DNA of 29,165 bases. Source: a virus (taxonomy: Duplodnaviria > Caudoviricetes). The stretch is from positions 1-29,165 of IMG/VR virus record IMGVR_UViG_3300044723_006508; one strand, 5' to 3'. This document shows, one piece after another, positions 8,801 through 18,165 of the stretch. A program made the translations under genes and the position numbers. Position 1 is the first letter of the stretch. The number at the start of each line of letters is the position of its first letter. The notes under the pieces were generated by a model that was not told the origin of the DNA, ran no database searches, and saw only the letters and a program-made list of their open reading frames with translations.

Positions 8801-11800
8801 GTTACAGTTTCACCAACTGTGAATATATCTGTTCCACCTACTGTAATTCTTGTATCTCTCGGACCAATAATTACATTTGAGCTATTAGCTGACTTGTAAT
8901 CAAGATCAATATTATTCAGAGTAAACGGTGGTCTAAGCTCTCCTCGAGCTCTATCGATAGACACCTTGTAATTAGGATCGTTAGGATTACCTATATTATG
9001 CCCATTAAAGTTATCAACTATAACACCATTCTTAAATCTATCAACCCCAGTCGAAGTAGCAAACTTAAGATTAGTAGCTTCATTTTCTAACAATGAAAGC
9101 CTTGTATAGTATTCTACTCTGTCTAATCTGTCTTTAATCCTACCAATATCTCGCATAGTAAATCTTTCGATTCTTGTAGGTATTACCTTACAAGCAAGAT
9201 CAGTACGCTTCGAAGTTTGACCTACGTAAGTAGAAAGCGATGGATATGGGGTTACATATAATTGAGCCAATGGTAAATGACCGTCAGGCTCATTAGGATA
9301 AACAGGATTAATGTCAGGTGTACCGCTGGTTATCTTAATAGCTCCAGCGGCATCCATAGTAATAATATCACGACGACCAAGATAGAAATCAAGATCAAAA
9401 TTGGCTGTTTCGTTAGGCGCCATAAATTTTAGACCACCTGCAGGAGCAATAATAGTGCTTCCTTCAGCAGGGTTAATACTGATATTAGTTAATGACGTTA
9501 CGTTATTGGCAGTATCTTGTATTCTTGGTCTAGTGTCTATGCTGTTTCTTAAATCGTAGCTGGTACCGTTAGTTGGCGATATATACAACGGAATTTCTTG
9601 CGTTGTAATTGCTGTAGTATTAGCTACATTAGCATCATCGATTGGATACGAGTCTACTGAGAAGAAACCGACACCTTGTGAAGTATCATGTGTAAAGAAG
9701 TTCATCTTAACAAGATATACATCACCTGCAGAAGCAGTCTTACCAGGAGCCAATTTTAGCTTACTATGTTTATACAGATTGTCTGTTTGACCGGTATCTA
9801 AAATAAAGTTTGTTGTAACATCTTCACCTTCGATTAATGTGGTAAATAATGTGTTACTTGTCTTCTTTCTTACTTCAATTAACTTATGCCCATCTGATAA
9901 ACCAAGGTTCCATGGTCCAGATGTATTATTCGTACCATCAGACTGATTAACAGTTAGCTGAACGTATCTATTTGATCTATAGTCTTTAGCAATCTCTTGA
10001 CCATCAACTCGTTGCAGTTCTGTAATAACGGTTGCTGTTACAGTGCCGCTTAAAGTTTCTTGTATATCGAAATCTGCACCTGTGGTCGAGGTAATGTTGA
10101 TAGTTCTATCAGCAGCATCGCCTCCAACACCTGCCATATCAATAACATGACCAGGTTTAAAGCTCTTGGTTATGTTTGCGCTACTAATAGCACCATAAGC
10201 TATCTCTTCAGTTGAAAGAGTTGTAGACGTTACAGCAGTCAGTACAAACGTATTACTATGACCTGCAAAAGCAATTCTATCACCAACGTTAAATTTAGTA
10301 TCAGCTGCAGTAAGACCTGTTACAGTGTTAGCCATAGCTGCCATAGAGCCAGTATCTACTGTTCCAGAACTTACAGCTTCATCATTCAGTACAACATTAA
10401 AATTTGTTCTTGTATTAGTATCTGAAAGAACACCGGTACCAAACGGGAATCTATCAGCTGCAGCTCCAGTAGCTACACTGAATGTACCATCGGCTGCGAT
10501 AGTTACATCGAACTCTTTTAGAAATGTAAAATTGGTATCTAAATTACCTGTAGTATCTCTAATAGTTTTAATGCTTGTTACTGGTAGCGGATAGATTGCT
10601 CTGTTAAAATCAACTTCTTGCAAGGCTGCAACACCGCTAGAAAGTACAATATCTGCAACAGCGTTTGCTTGAGACCCTGCAGTATTGTCTATGTGTATAG
10701 ATTTGACAGTAGAAAGTGTATTACTTGTAGTTTGTATGTCATACAAGTATAAATTATACCTTGCTTCTGATGATCCTTTAGTACCAGAAACATAATCGAT
10801 AGCACGTACCCGTGCAGTACCTACTTCTTGTCCAGTACGGGAAGCAGTGCCGGAGAAAACATTATTCGATACAGCATGGGCAGCAGCATCTCTTAGCGAA
10901 ACTTTACTGTGTGTATTAACATCCCAAACACCAGCCACTTCTTTAACTACTAAGTAGTTGCCGTAATTAGAAGTAACCGCGACGTCTTCGATCGATTGTG
11001 TTGTAGTTGCTTTTGTTATAGTAACAGGTAGCGTTTGAAGAACATCATAATCGTAACCTTTGACAAACGCTGTTCCAGGCTCTACCTCTACAACAAGTTT
11101 TGTAGAATTACCACCTTCAGCTCCAGATGCATATCTACCTTGGTTATTGGCTTGCTTTAGATGTTCTTTTAATCTAATACCAAGACCTTCAACTACGAAG
11201 TTACCATTAGTATCATAAGAACGGCGAGCTAGATGCTCGTTAACTCTTGAAAATTCTGTTCTTGCTCTATTGTTTACCAGGAAACCGTTTTCAACTCTTG
11301 TAAGCTCAATAAAGTCCGTGCCTGTATTAGCTGTTAGACCGTATTTTACTAACGTTGGATTTAATTTTAATCGAGCAGCGCCCGGTGCTGCATAGTTGTA
11401 TGAACCAGATGCAGGATCGAGTAAGGTAGAATCAGTCTCATTAGTTACAATAGTTTCAGCAATGTTGAGACCAATTTTGTACGAGCTGTATGTATTATAC
11501 TTTCCAAGTACAAGTGATTGCGCTGGTACACGAATAAAATGATCTTTAGCAAAAATTACCCCTTCAGAGATTGCAACTCGCTGTGTAAGTCCTCTAGAGG
11601 AGGTACCGGAGGCTACATTAGCTGTATAACCACCAGTATTAGCAGTTATAATTTCGTTAGCTGTAAATACTGTGTTACCTGTAGTACTGGTAGCACCTGT
11701 ATCAATATATTTAACGTACAGAGTTTTAAGATCAGGATCTTCTGCTTCTGAACCTGTATCAGTATCGACAACTACCGCAAGAGCATTGGATGTTGAACCT

Positions 11801-12114
11801 CTAACCTGTGTACTAACAAAATTATTTGCTGTAACAACAGCACCAGTAGAATCGGCATCTCTTAATTTAACAAAGCTAACAATTTCGATTTTAGGTTCTA
11901 CTCCTGTAAGAATAGCACCTTCTTTGTAAACATTTTCTCCAAAACGATCAATTTGATTCTGCAGTATAGTCTGCATTTGGGTCAATTCACGACCCTGAAC
12001 TGCTAGACCAGGACGATACAAAATCCGATGATAGTTTTTGCTTTCATCGAAATCATCATAATATGGATCAACATTAAAGTTGGTATTCAATGTGACTGTG
12101 TTAGCTATAGCCAT
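5809..12114 (-). CDS. Large baseplate-associated structural protein, VrlC/DUF4815 type
   Basis: 2101 aa. N-terminal NVDPYYDDFDESKNYHRILYRPGLAVQGRELTQMQTILQNQI, plus RFTMRDIGRIKDRLDRVEYYT, DRFKNGVIVDNF, PFMRSR and DPIAQTF motifs characteristic of this family. Located directly after gp8. Confidence 0.88.
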   Translation of the reverse strand: MAIANTVTLNTNFNVDPYYDDFDESKNYHRILYRPGLAVQGRELTQMQTILQNQIDRFGENVYKEGAILTGVEPKIEIVSFVKLRDADSTGAVVTANNFVSTQVRGSTSNALAVVVDTDTGSEAEDPDLKTLYVKYIDTGATSTTGNTVFTANEIITANTGGYTANVASGTSSRGLTQRVAISEGVIFAKDHFIRVPAQSLVLGKYNTYSSYKIGLNIAETIVTNETDSTLLDPASGSYNYAAPGAARLKLNPTLVKYGLTANTGTDFIELTRVENGFLVNNRARTEFSRVNEHLARRSYDTNGNFVVEGLGIRLKEHLKQANNQGRYASGAEGGNSTKLVVEVEPGTAFVKGYDYDVLQTLPVTITKATTTQSIEDVAVTSNYGNYLVVKEVAGVWDVNTHSKVSLRDAAAHAVSNNVFSGTASRTGQEVGTARVRAIDYVSGTKGSSEARYNLYLYDIQTTSNTLSTVKSIHIDNTAGSQANAVADIVLSSGVAALQEVDFNRAIYPLPVTSIKTIRDTTGNLDTNFTFLKEFDVTIAADGTFSVATGAAADRFPFGTGVLSDTNTRTNFNVVLNDEAVSSGTVDTGSMAAMANTVTGLTAADTKFNVGDRIAFAGHSNTFVLTAVTSTTLSTEEIAYGAISSANITKSFKPGHVIDMAGVGGDAADRTINITSTTGADFDIQETLSGTVTATVITELQRVDGQEIAKDYRSNRYVQLTVNQSDGTNNTSGPWNLGLSDGHKLIEVRKKTSNTLFTTLIEGEDVTTNFILDTGQTDNLYKHSKLKLAPGKTASAGDVYLVKMNFFTHDTSQGVGFFSVDSYPIDDANVANTTAITTQEIPLYISPTNGTSYDLRNSIDTRPRIQDTANNVTSLTNISINPAEGSTIIAPAGGLKFMAPNETANFDLDFYLGRRDIITMDAAGAIKITSGTPDINPVYPNEPDGHLPLAQLYVTPYPSLSTYVGQTSKRTDLACKVIPTRIERFTMRDIGRIKDRLDRVEYYTRLSLLENEATNLKFATSTGVDRFKNGVIVDNFNGHNIGNPNDPNYKVSIDRARGELRPPFTLNNIDLDYKSANSSNVIIGPRDTRITVGGTDIFTVGETVTAGAATGKVVYQVGRRVYLESVSGTFAVSATATGGTSSSSGTISAVYTPPAGKLASITYAHRKVINQKYASTTRNAAGLFWKFLGQITLTPNSDYWCETVQAPDLVINQDNTNDNFAVGSASWTTDWGNWETIWSGSTTQDVGDARVFVEARNNNVNNSGVNVVKAGEYQEQITSITEQQVRTGITSTVVPRTTTKKSGSAVINTDVIPFMRSRVINVEGRGFKPNSRLYAFFDGIDVNAYVAPATSAYANTANEGAALTTDSTGDIYCRFRVPNDNSLSFRAGSRRFRLSDSSTNETGTGLVTTSGEATYSSEGKVETVQDTIISTRTYDVVQSMVSETRTLTSSTSDLVKQGQHIVELQYQGKNPDGTHRIGTRNLTDGWDDTAAFAETFEGVEVSPTQLAEFRNQQNLNFPGYDCAEGQDDPIAQTFIMGNFNDLVLASGGYLTKIDLFFATKDATRPVFVELREVAAGGGYITDRIVPFSRVTVEAADINTSSNGGSPTPVYFSTPVFLAKDKEYAIIVRPAANNPNTSLYVSRLGGTDLVTGERINKQPYVGTLFASSNARQWSPIQEEDLKFNLYIANFARNTTATAVFKNEDREFFQTTGSNTFNTIGEQVVGHTTIVGTSALSVNTNFVLVGNTSGANAIVVSQSSNTIVLKDVSLVNKFTAGERVNVVINSVKQEPHTTVHSATTPSGNVIYFDSVNHNGNTVLHLDNASGTFTTGMQLKGQISGSTTTIKSLDKIEVDTMRLNLGSLQFEETSLSSTAKLNTAAATRDTAFRSVNENRNTNFRTPKYVLGKTLEATNISSAKSAEVKVSMSTSNPAIGPVVDLERINLTLVNNTVNNSTANETNADSGDALARYITRSLTLADGQDAEDIRVRLRAYKPSTTGISVYYKILNKDDSDDFKDRSWVLMDQTTVSTVYSSNENENDFKLYDFEVPTANLSGGSNEIQYTNSQGVTFTGYKYLAIKIVLTAQSSGVVPKVDEMITVALQA

Positions 12115-12125
12115 TTCTTATCTCG

Positions 12126-13661
12126 CTAATACTGCAGTGTTAGTTTAATATCTTCTATTTGATCGAATGTTCTTACTGAAACAGGTCTATTTTCAAGATA
12201 TAATATCTGACCTTCATAAGGTTCTAATTCTCCAGACGTTACTGATGTTACGTTGCCAAAATATCCAGATGTATTTCCTGTTATTTTTTCATTTTGAAAA
12301 GTACCGTTTATACCAACAACTTTTAAATCACCGGTGGTGTTTGTTGATGTGTTGTTTGCAAATAGAACTACTCTTGCTGTTGCACCTGATAACGCACCTG
12401 TTATCATCTCGTCTTGATCTAAGACGCCTGTCATGTTTATTACTGCTAATTTAGTTGTTTGATCGTACGCTGTATCAGTAGCGCTTGTCAAACTATTACT
12501 AAGTAATGGATTTTTTAATAGACCAATTACTCTAAAATCATTATTGGAAGGTAAGTTGTTACCTTCGGTACCGCTCAATCTTACACTTAATGTTAAGTTA
12601 TGAGCACATAATTCATCTACCGGATCAGATCCATGACCGCCTCGAGGCGAAATGTATGGTGTTGCTGTAGCTCCGGAGCCTTGAGGTGCTGTTATAACTA
12701 CACTTGCTTTAGAATAGTCAGTACCTATACCAACCATATTTATTTTCTTAATCTGACCTGATGTTACGTTAGCATAAGCAGTAGCACCGGTACCATCACC
12801 ACTAATCGTAACAAGAGGACTAATATGATATGTGCTAGATGTATTAGGTGTAATAGTAAATGCCGTATTTACAGTTAAAACTCTTGTGTCGCCTACGTAA
12901 TCGGTTATTTCTCTTATCTGACTAGCACCTAGCCCGGACGAAATAAACACTGTAGCTCCTGTATAGTAATCATCTACCGTACTTGCACCAGTGTCTAATG
13001 TTATAACTGAAGAGTTTGTTACACCTGCTATAGTATTAGATCTCTGTGTGTAACCTGTGCCATTAGCAGTGACATCAATAACATGTATAGCCCCGTTAAC
13101 AGCAGCTTGTTGAACATCCCATTGAGCACTACTGTCATCAGCGGTTAGTGTTTTTACAGGTATGTAAAAAGGTGTTAGAAAATCTAACGCTTCAGCTGCG
13201 GAAATGCTGTACATAAACTTCCATCTATAACCATCTGAAGTTGTAATTATAGAAGTACTAGTGCCTGTCGGCTCTACAGTAGATGTTGCTCCTCTATTAT
13301 TAAATATACATTTGTATACATTGTTTGTAGCTGTTAATACATAAAACTTTTTACCTAAATGTGCATCCATATTCTCAAAGTTAGAATATTCATCATATAC
13401 TGTACCTGTAGTCCAATTAATCCTTTCTACAGCAAATGACATGTCGTTAGTAGCGATTTTCTTTGCCGCTAACATATCTCTCCAAGGATCATAATCAACA
13501 GCTGTTGTCGATTCTGTAATTGCTGGAGGAGTATCACTATTAGGCCATTCCTGCAACCTACCAATAAAAAGATACAAGTAGTCAGGTGTAGCTTCACTAA
13601 ACGCTTCTTTAAAATGCTCTGCGTTGTAAATTTTAAACTTTCTTGTTACTATAGCTGGCAT
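12126..13661 (-). CDS. gp8: Baseplate wedge subunit (T4 gp8-like)
   Basis: YLFIGRxxxW, RINWTTGTVYD, FYVLTxxxNVYKCIFN, DGYRWKFMY, SPRGGHGSDP and C-terminal GQILYLENR...QIEDIKL motifs; order gp6-gp7-gp8. Confidence 0.88.
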   Translation of the reverse strand: MPAIVTRKFKIYNAEHFKEAFSEATPDYLYLFIGRLQEWPNSDTPPAITESTTAVDYDPWRDMLAAKKIATNDMSFAVERINWTTGTVYDEYSNFENMDAHLGKKFYVLTATNNVYKCIFNNRGATSTVEPTGTSTSIITTSDGYRWKFMYSISAAEALDFLTPFYIPVKTLTADDSSAQWDVQQAAVNGAIHVIDVTANGTGYTQRSNTIAGVTNSSVITLDTGASTVDDYYTGATVFISSGLGASQIREITDYVGDTRVLTVNTAFTITPNTSSTYHISPLVTISGDGTGATAYANVTSGQIKKINMVGIGTDYSKASVVITAPQGSGATATPYISPRGGHGSDPVDELCAHNLTLSVRLSGTEGNNLPSNNDFRVIGLLKNPLLSNSLTSATDTAYDQTTKLAVINMTGVLDQDEMITGALSGATARVVLFANNTSTNTTGDLKVVGINGTFQNEKITGNTSGYFGNVTSVTSGELEPYEGQILYLENRPVSVRTFDQIEDIKLTLQY

Positions 13662-13682
13662 GTTGTATCTCTAAATTTTATC

Positions 13683-13693
13683 TATTTATTTAG
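13683..13693 (-). promoter_or_regulatory. Putative T4-type late promoter(s), overlapping CTAAATA/ATAAATA, upstream of gp8
   Basis: Minus strand reads CTAAATAAATA in the short gp7-gp8 gap, about 22 nt before the gp8 ATG. Confidence 0.65.
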
Positions 13694-13695
13694 GT

Positions 13696-15834
13696 TCAAG
13701 AAGTGTAAAAATATGTTAATCCACTAATAACGGCTAGGTCGCCGTTAGCGTATGTTGCGTTGGCTGTAACAGCCAATGTATTAGCATCATCTATAGAAGA
13801 AACATTTAATGTAAACTCTTCACCCTCAGATGTAAATATTATTTGTGATCCTGGGCTTAGTTGTGTATCGAACGATGTTCCTATACCATCGTAAATCTTA
13901 TTACCTGGCAGTGTACTGATTGTCAGTGCATCATAATCATCAATCTGATCTGCAGACAGATCGCTTATATTGTTTGCAATAAAGTTACTAATTGTACCAG
14001 GACCTACTGCTAGAACTTGATGATCTACCGGTATAGATAATGTAGATGTTATGCTTATCAGCTCAGCTCCACCAACACTTAATAATATTTCAGGATTGGA
14101 GACATTAGCTGTTGTTGTTATTGATGAAGTATCAATGAACATGTCAAGCTGATGTGTACCAAAGGCCGCGGTAGGCGCTATAGCTGTTGGTGACAACGTT
14201 GGAGTAACAGTTGGCGTACCAACACTTGCAGTTGACGTAATGGAATTGAGAGCTGCAAATTCAATAGAATAAAAGATATATGTGTTTGCTGAAAACTCTA
14301 AAGCAGCATTCGACTCTATCATTAAATCAGCAAAAACATTTGTACCAGCAGGGTGAAGTAGTTTTTTAACTATTTCACGATATGTGTTCATTGATTGTTT
14401 AGATCTTAACACATAAGCAAATTGCTGGTAGTAGTAATTGTCTTGAAGCTTATTATTCCAAGATATAAAACCTTTAGTGTCAGTATATTTTCCGTCGTAA
14501 TCTATTACACCTGTAATCAACGGTGAACCAGTAGCATTAGTAGCTGATCTAGTAAGATTCTGTATTGTTAATAGTTCTGTTCTATTATAACGAGATCCAG
14601 CATTATCAACATTTACACCAGTAATAGAGCCGCCAACACTATTAGCAGTTACTACAGCATTGAAGCCTTTAATTCCACCTGAACCATCTGGTATTTCTTG
14701 ATCAGCTATGTTGTCCTGTCTCACTGATACACTAGGTAAAATACTATAACCAGAGCCTCGCTCCGTAGCTGACATAGATGCTATTGTACCAACTGTGGTG
14801 TTTGATGTTCCTAATGCTGCACTAAGAACTGTAGACGAGTTAGCTATAGCCAAATTAGCACTTAGAGTCCCGGTGTTAGATGTTATAAATGTATTAGCAT
14901 CTATCCTTGTACCGCTTAAATCGGAAATTGTATCATCGTAAGTTGTTATAGTCTCAGTATTGTTTATACTATCAACTTGAAAAATAGCTCCAGAACCGGA
15001 CCCACCAATAAGTGTAACTGTTGCATCAGTTGTGTAACCGCTGCCTCCATCAACAAGCACTGGAACAATACTTGAACCTTCTACCGTTGTTACTGCACCA
15101 TTTGCACCAGAGCCTGAGCTACTAGTAATGCGTACTCTATCTCCTACTCTATGCTTAGAACCGCCAAATTGAATATCAACACCTTGCAAAGGTCCAACAG
15201 ATGATATAATTCTTCCCGATATAACATTATCAGTTGTTCTTACTATCTCACGGTCTTGAAAAGTTCCTACTACATTAGTTAAAAATATTTCAAAGACTTC
15301 TATACCTTGTTCTAGAGTTGCAGTTACTCTGTTTACTTTCGCAGTAGCGCCTGACGTTGCTCCGGTTACATTTTTACCACCTATATCATATAAGCTTCCA
15401 GTAAATGGAGCAGAAAGTCTTAAAGCTTGCTCTTTAACCCATCTACCATCTGAAACTCTAAGTATATCCTCTCCAGGATAGTAAAAGTCAACCTCATCAT
15501 CATAAAGAAGTCTGAAAAGCATTTTATATGCTTGCTCAGATCCTTTAGAACGATAAAGATCTTTGATTCTTGTAACAAGAAGGGCTTTGTTAGCTAGAAC
15601 ATCTTCAGGAAAATCAGCGAGAACTTCACGCTGGAAATATTTGATAAACTCGTTGTCAGTTGTGTCAATATCACCATACTTAAGAAGATTTTTAGAGCGA
15701 TCGGTAATTTGATTTGTAGTTTCTAACCACTCATAGTAAGCGCGCATAAACGCTTTAAACTTAGGACCTTCAGTGTCTAAGAATTCAGGTATTATGTCGT
15801 CTATAAGTATGGAAGACTTATTATCCGTTGCCAT
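13696..15834 (-). CDS. gp7: Baseplate wedge initiator (T4 gp7-like)
   Basis: IPEFLxxEGPKFxxFMRAYYEWLE, IKDLYRSKGSEQAYKMLFRLLY and LQDNYYYQQFAYVLRS...VKKLLHPAG motifs; between gp6 and gp8; TAATG coupling with gp6. Confidence 0.82.
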   Translation of the reverse strand: MATDNKSSILIDDIIPEFLDTEGPKFKAFMRAYYEWLETTNQITDRSKNLLKYGDIDTTDNEFIKYFQREVLADFPEDVLANKALLVTRIKDLYRSKGSEQAYKMLFRLLYDDEVDFYYPGEDILRVSDGRWVKEQALRLSAPFTGSLYDIGGKNVTGATSGATAKVNRVTATLEQGIEVFEIFLTNVVGTFQDREIVRTTDNVISGRIISSVGPLQGVDIQFGGSKHRVGDRVRITSSSGSGANGAVTTVEGSSIVPVLVDGGSGYTTDATVTLIGGSGSGAIFQVDSINNTETITTYDDTISDLSGTRIDANTFITSNTGTLSANLAIANSSTVLSAALGTSNTTVGTIASMSATERGSGYSILPSVSVRQDNIADQEIPDGSGGIKGFNAVVTANSVGGSITGVNVDNAGSRYNRTELLTIQNLTRSATNATGSPLITGVIDYDGKYTDTKGFISWNNKLQDNYYYQQFAYVLRSKQSMNTYREIVKKLLHPAGTNVFADLMIESNAALEFSANTYIFYSIEFAALNSITSTASVGTPTVTPTLSPTAIAPTAAFGTHQLDMFIDTSSITTTANVSNPEILLSVGGAELISITSTLSIPVDHQVLAVGPGTISNFIANNISDLSADQIDDYDALTISTLPGNKIYDGIGTSFDTQLSPGSQIIFTSEGEEFTLNVSSIDDANTLAVTANATYANGDLAVISGLTYFYTS

Positions 15835-17726
15835 TAGAATACCGTCGAAATAACGCCTGAACCAACTACCGTAGCACTACTACCTTGAGTACTTACGTTT
15901 GATGTTGATGATGTTACCTTTTTAAGTTTAGTATCAAAAAGTTCGATCTTAGCTTCTGTAATCGCTAGTATTTGATTACGTACACTTACAACACTGTCAT
16001 CTCGTGGAACCGCGTAAACTTTTAGTGAAGTACCTTCGTAAGCAGTTATCAACAATTCGTTAAGTACTACAAGACCTGTCTTATAGTCTACAGTTCCTGC
16101 TAATCTATTTGTATATACTCTTACTCCTGATTCATCTATGTAATATATTCGTACATTACCGAAACCGTCATCATCAAAATAAGATTCAGTTCGATTTTCG
16201 TAAGTAAACTTACTAGACGTGATTGTGAGTCCACGGCCCGGGTGACTTTGAGGAGGAACTCTTAAAACTGCTCCTCCTGTAATATTCAGTAATGGATCAT
16301 TAAATGGTATTCTGTATGTGGTCCTTGCAGTTGTAGTAGGAGCAAAATTCTTCATCATTCGAAGACTTATTTCTATATTAGTAATAGCTTCGTTTGCTGT
16401 GTAGATATCTTTTATTAGCTCTGAAGACGAATACTCTCTTCCAAACGAAACTAAATCAGAGAGTTCATACTGTACGACTCTATTTCCTATTGTATTAACT
16501 ATTGCACCAGCAGTAGATGTTGTTAAGTTTGGATTATACTTAACTTCAATTGTTGGGACAACAAATTTATAAGTCGGATCTACCAACTCAGGTGTAATTG
16601 ACATAACATTCTTATCAGATAAGAAAGCATCGATGTTGTCTTTTCTTGGATCAGAAATAAAGAAGCCTGTTTTAGGTTTTACAGAGATATACGCTTTACC
16701 GTATACAGGGGGATCGTTTTCTTGTCCACCCCAAACTGATACAGCTCCGATATCACCAAAATTATTTTTAATAATAGTTTCGTAATCACCGGTTGTTACA
16801 GCTCTGTTTTGAGCTTGATAGTTTCTTGGAGCGTTAAACTTAATAGAAGCAACGCTTTCTTGCTCTGCTCCACCTGTAGCCGAGGATGTAGTAAGTAGTG
16901 TAATGTTACTATAACCACTAATACTAGAAGGAGCAGTAAATGTATTAGCTCCTTGTGTTGCGGTACCGTTACATATCCTATAGTTTGCTTGTACTATATT
17001 GCCGTCATTTAGACCACGACCAACAACATTATCACCAAACTTAATCTCATATTTTCCGTCTTCATTTTCATCTAAGAAGAACGCATAAGTGTTTCCAGCA
17101 ACGGCAGTAATGTCTGTTGCATTAGTCCATGTTGTTGTAGATGTGTTAGAAGAGGACTCTTGCACTCTTACTGTAATACTTCTTGTATCAACGTTCTCAT
17201 TCGGTATAATATATCTAACAGGAGAAACTGAGCTTACAGTAAAACGATATGTAAAAGGCCTACCTTCAGTAATACTAAGATTAGTAGAATATATACCAGA
17301 AGGATTAGCATTTACAACTTCAGCTGTTGGGTTAACGTAGATATAATTAACACCATCGATAGTTGTAGTGAACTGAGTATCAGCTGGTACAGTAATTGTG
17401 TCAGGTGTATCACCAGGGGTGATAGTTACTTGCACTGTTGCAGTAGCGCCTTGAGCTGATCGTGGTGTGTAGTTAAGCATTTTTGCTCTTGAAACTACAT
17501 TATTTCTTATCTGAGCAGAGTCTAAAAACATTTCGTTTCCAACCATGTTCAGATAAAAAGAATTCTTATATGTATTATACGCTAACAGATTCAAAAGAAT
17601 CTGCATAGTAGATGATTCGTAGTTGTAGTCACCGAGTTCTGTCTGATTAGATAGAAACGTTTTGAGATCGTTTTTGATACCATCAAAGTCTATACTAGTC
17701 AGCTGTAGTGCGTTATTTGCGGCCAT
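15834..17726 (-). CDS. gp6: Baseplate wedge subunit (T4 gp6-like)
   Basis: IDFDGIKNDLKTFL, LLAYNTY, NEMFLDSAQIRNNVVSRAKMLNYTPRS, IKFNAPRNYQAQNRAVT and GTVDYKTG motifs. Confidence 0.95.
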   Translation of the reverse strand: MAANNALQLTSIDFDGIKNDLKTFLSNQTELGDYNYESSTMQILLNLLAYNTYKNSFYLNMVGNEMFLDSAQIRNNVVSRAKMLNYTPRSAQGATATVQVTITPGDTPDTITVPADTQFTTTIDGVNYIYVNPTAEVVNANPSGIYSTNLSITEGRPFTYRFTVSSVSPVRYIIPNENVDTRSITVRVQESSSNTSTTTWTNATDITAVAGNTYAFFLDENEDGKYEIKFGDNVVGRGLNDGNIVQANYRICNGTATQGANTFTAPSSISGYSNITLLTTSSATGGAEQESVASIKFNAPRNYQAQNRAVTTGDYETIIKNNFGDIGAVSVWGGQENDPPVYGKAYISVKPKTGFFISDPRKDNIDAFLSDKNVMSITPELVDPTYKFVVPTIEVKYNPNLTTSTAGAIVNTIGNRVVQYELSDLVSFGREYSSSELIKDIYTANEAITNIEISLRMMKNFAPTTTARTTYRIPFNDPLLNITGGAVLRVPPQSHPGRGLTITSSKFTYENRTESYFDDDGFGNVRIYYIDESGVRVYTNRLAGTVDYKTGLVVLNELLITAYEGTSLKVYAVPRDDSVVSVRNQILAITEAKIELFDTKLKKVTSSTSNVSTQGSSATVVGSGVISTVF

Positions 17727-17727
17727 T

Positions 17728-18144
17728 TTACCTTGTTCTCTCTATTTCTAGACCAACAGTTATTGGTTGTGCTTCGTTCACTACGTAGAAACTTATTCCA
17801 ACCTGAACCCTATTAGAATTGGGAGAAGCCACGACTTTAACATCACTTATTCTCGCTCTTGGCTCGTAGTTTCTTATTGCAGTCTTGATATCCTCTTCAA
17901 TGTTAACTTGCTCAATAGGATCAAAATTTTCAAATAATCTACTACGGATATCAGCGCCAAAAAGTGGATCATATGGTCTTTCAAATCTATTAGTTAAAAT
18001 AAGATTCTTCAAAGCACCAACAACAGCATCAGCATTCTTTTTTACTGCTACTTTTCCAGTAACAGGATGTGCAGTCATAGTTACACTGAGGTCACTAAAC
18101 TGTACCTCCTTTCTTAACGGATTGACTGATCCCGATTTGGCCAC
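17728..18144 (-). CDS. gp25: Baseplate wedge subunit / sheath initiator (T4 gp25-like)
   Basis: FSDL...HPVTG, ALKNLILTNRFERPYDPLFGADIRSRLFE and IRNYEPRA motifs; GTG start with GAGGG SD. Confidence 0.93.
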   Translation of the reverse strand: MAKSGSVNPLRKEVQFSDLSVTMTAHPVTGKVAVKKNADAVVGALKNLILTNRFERPYDPLFGADIRSRLFENFDPIEQVNIEEDIKTAIRNYEPRARISDVKVVASPNSNRVQVGISFYVVNEAQPITVGLEIERTR

Positions 18145-18165
18145 TGTTATCCCTCAATTAATTTA

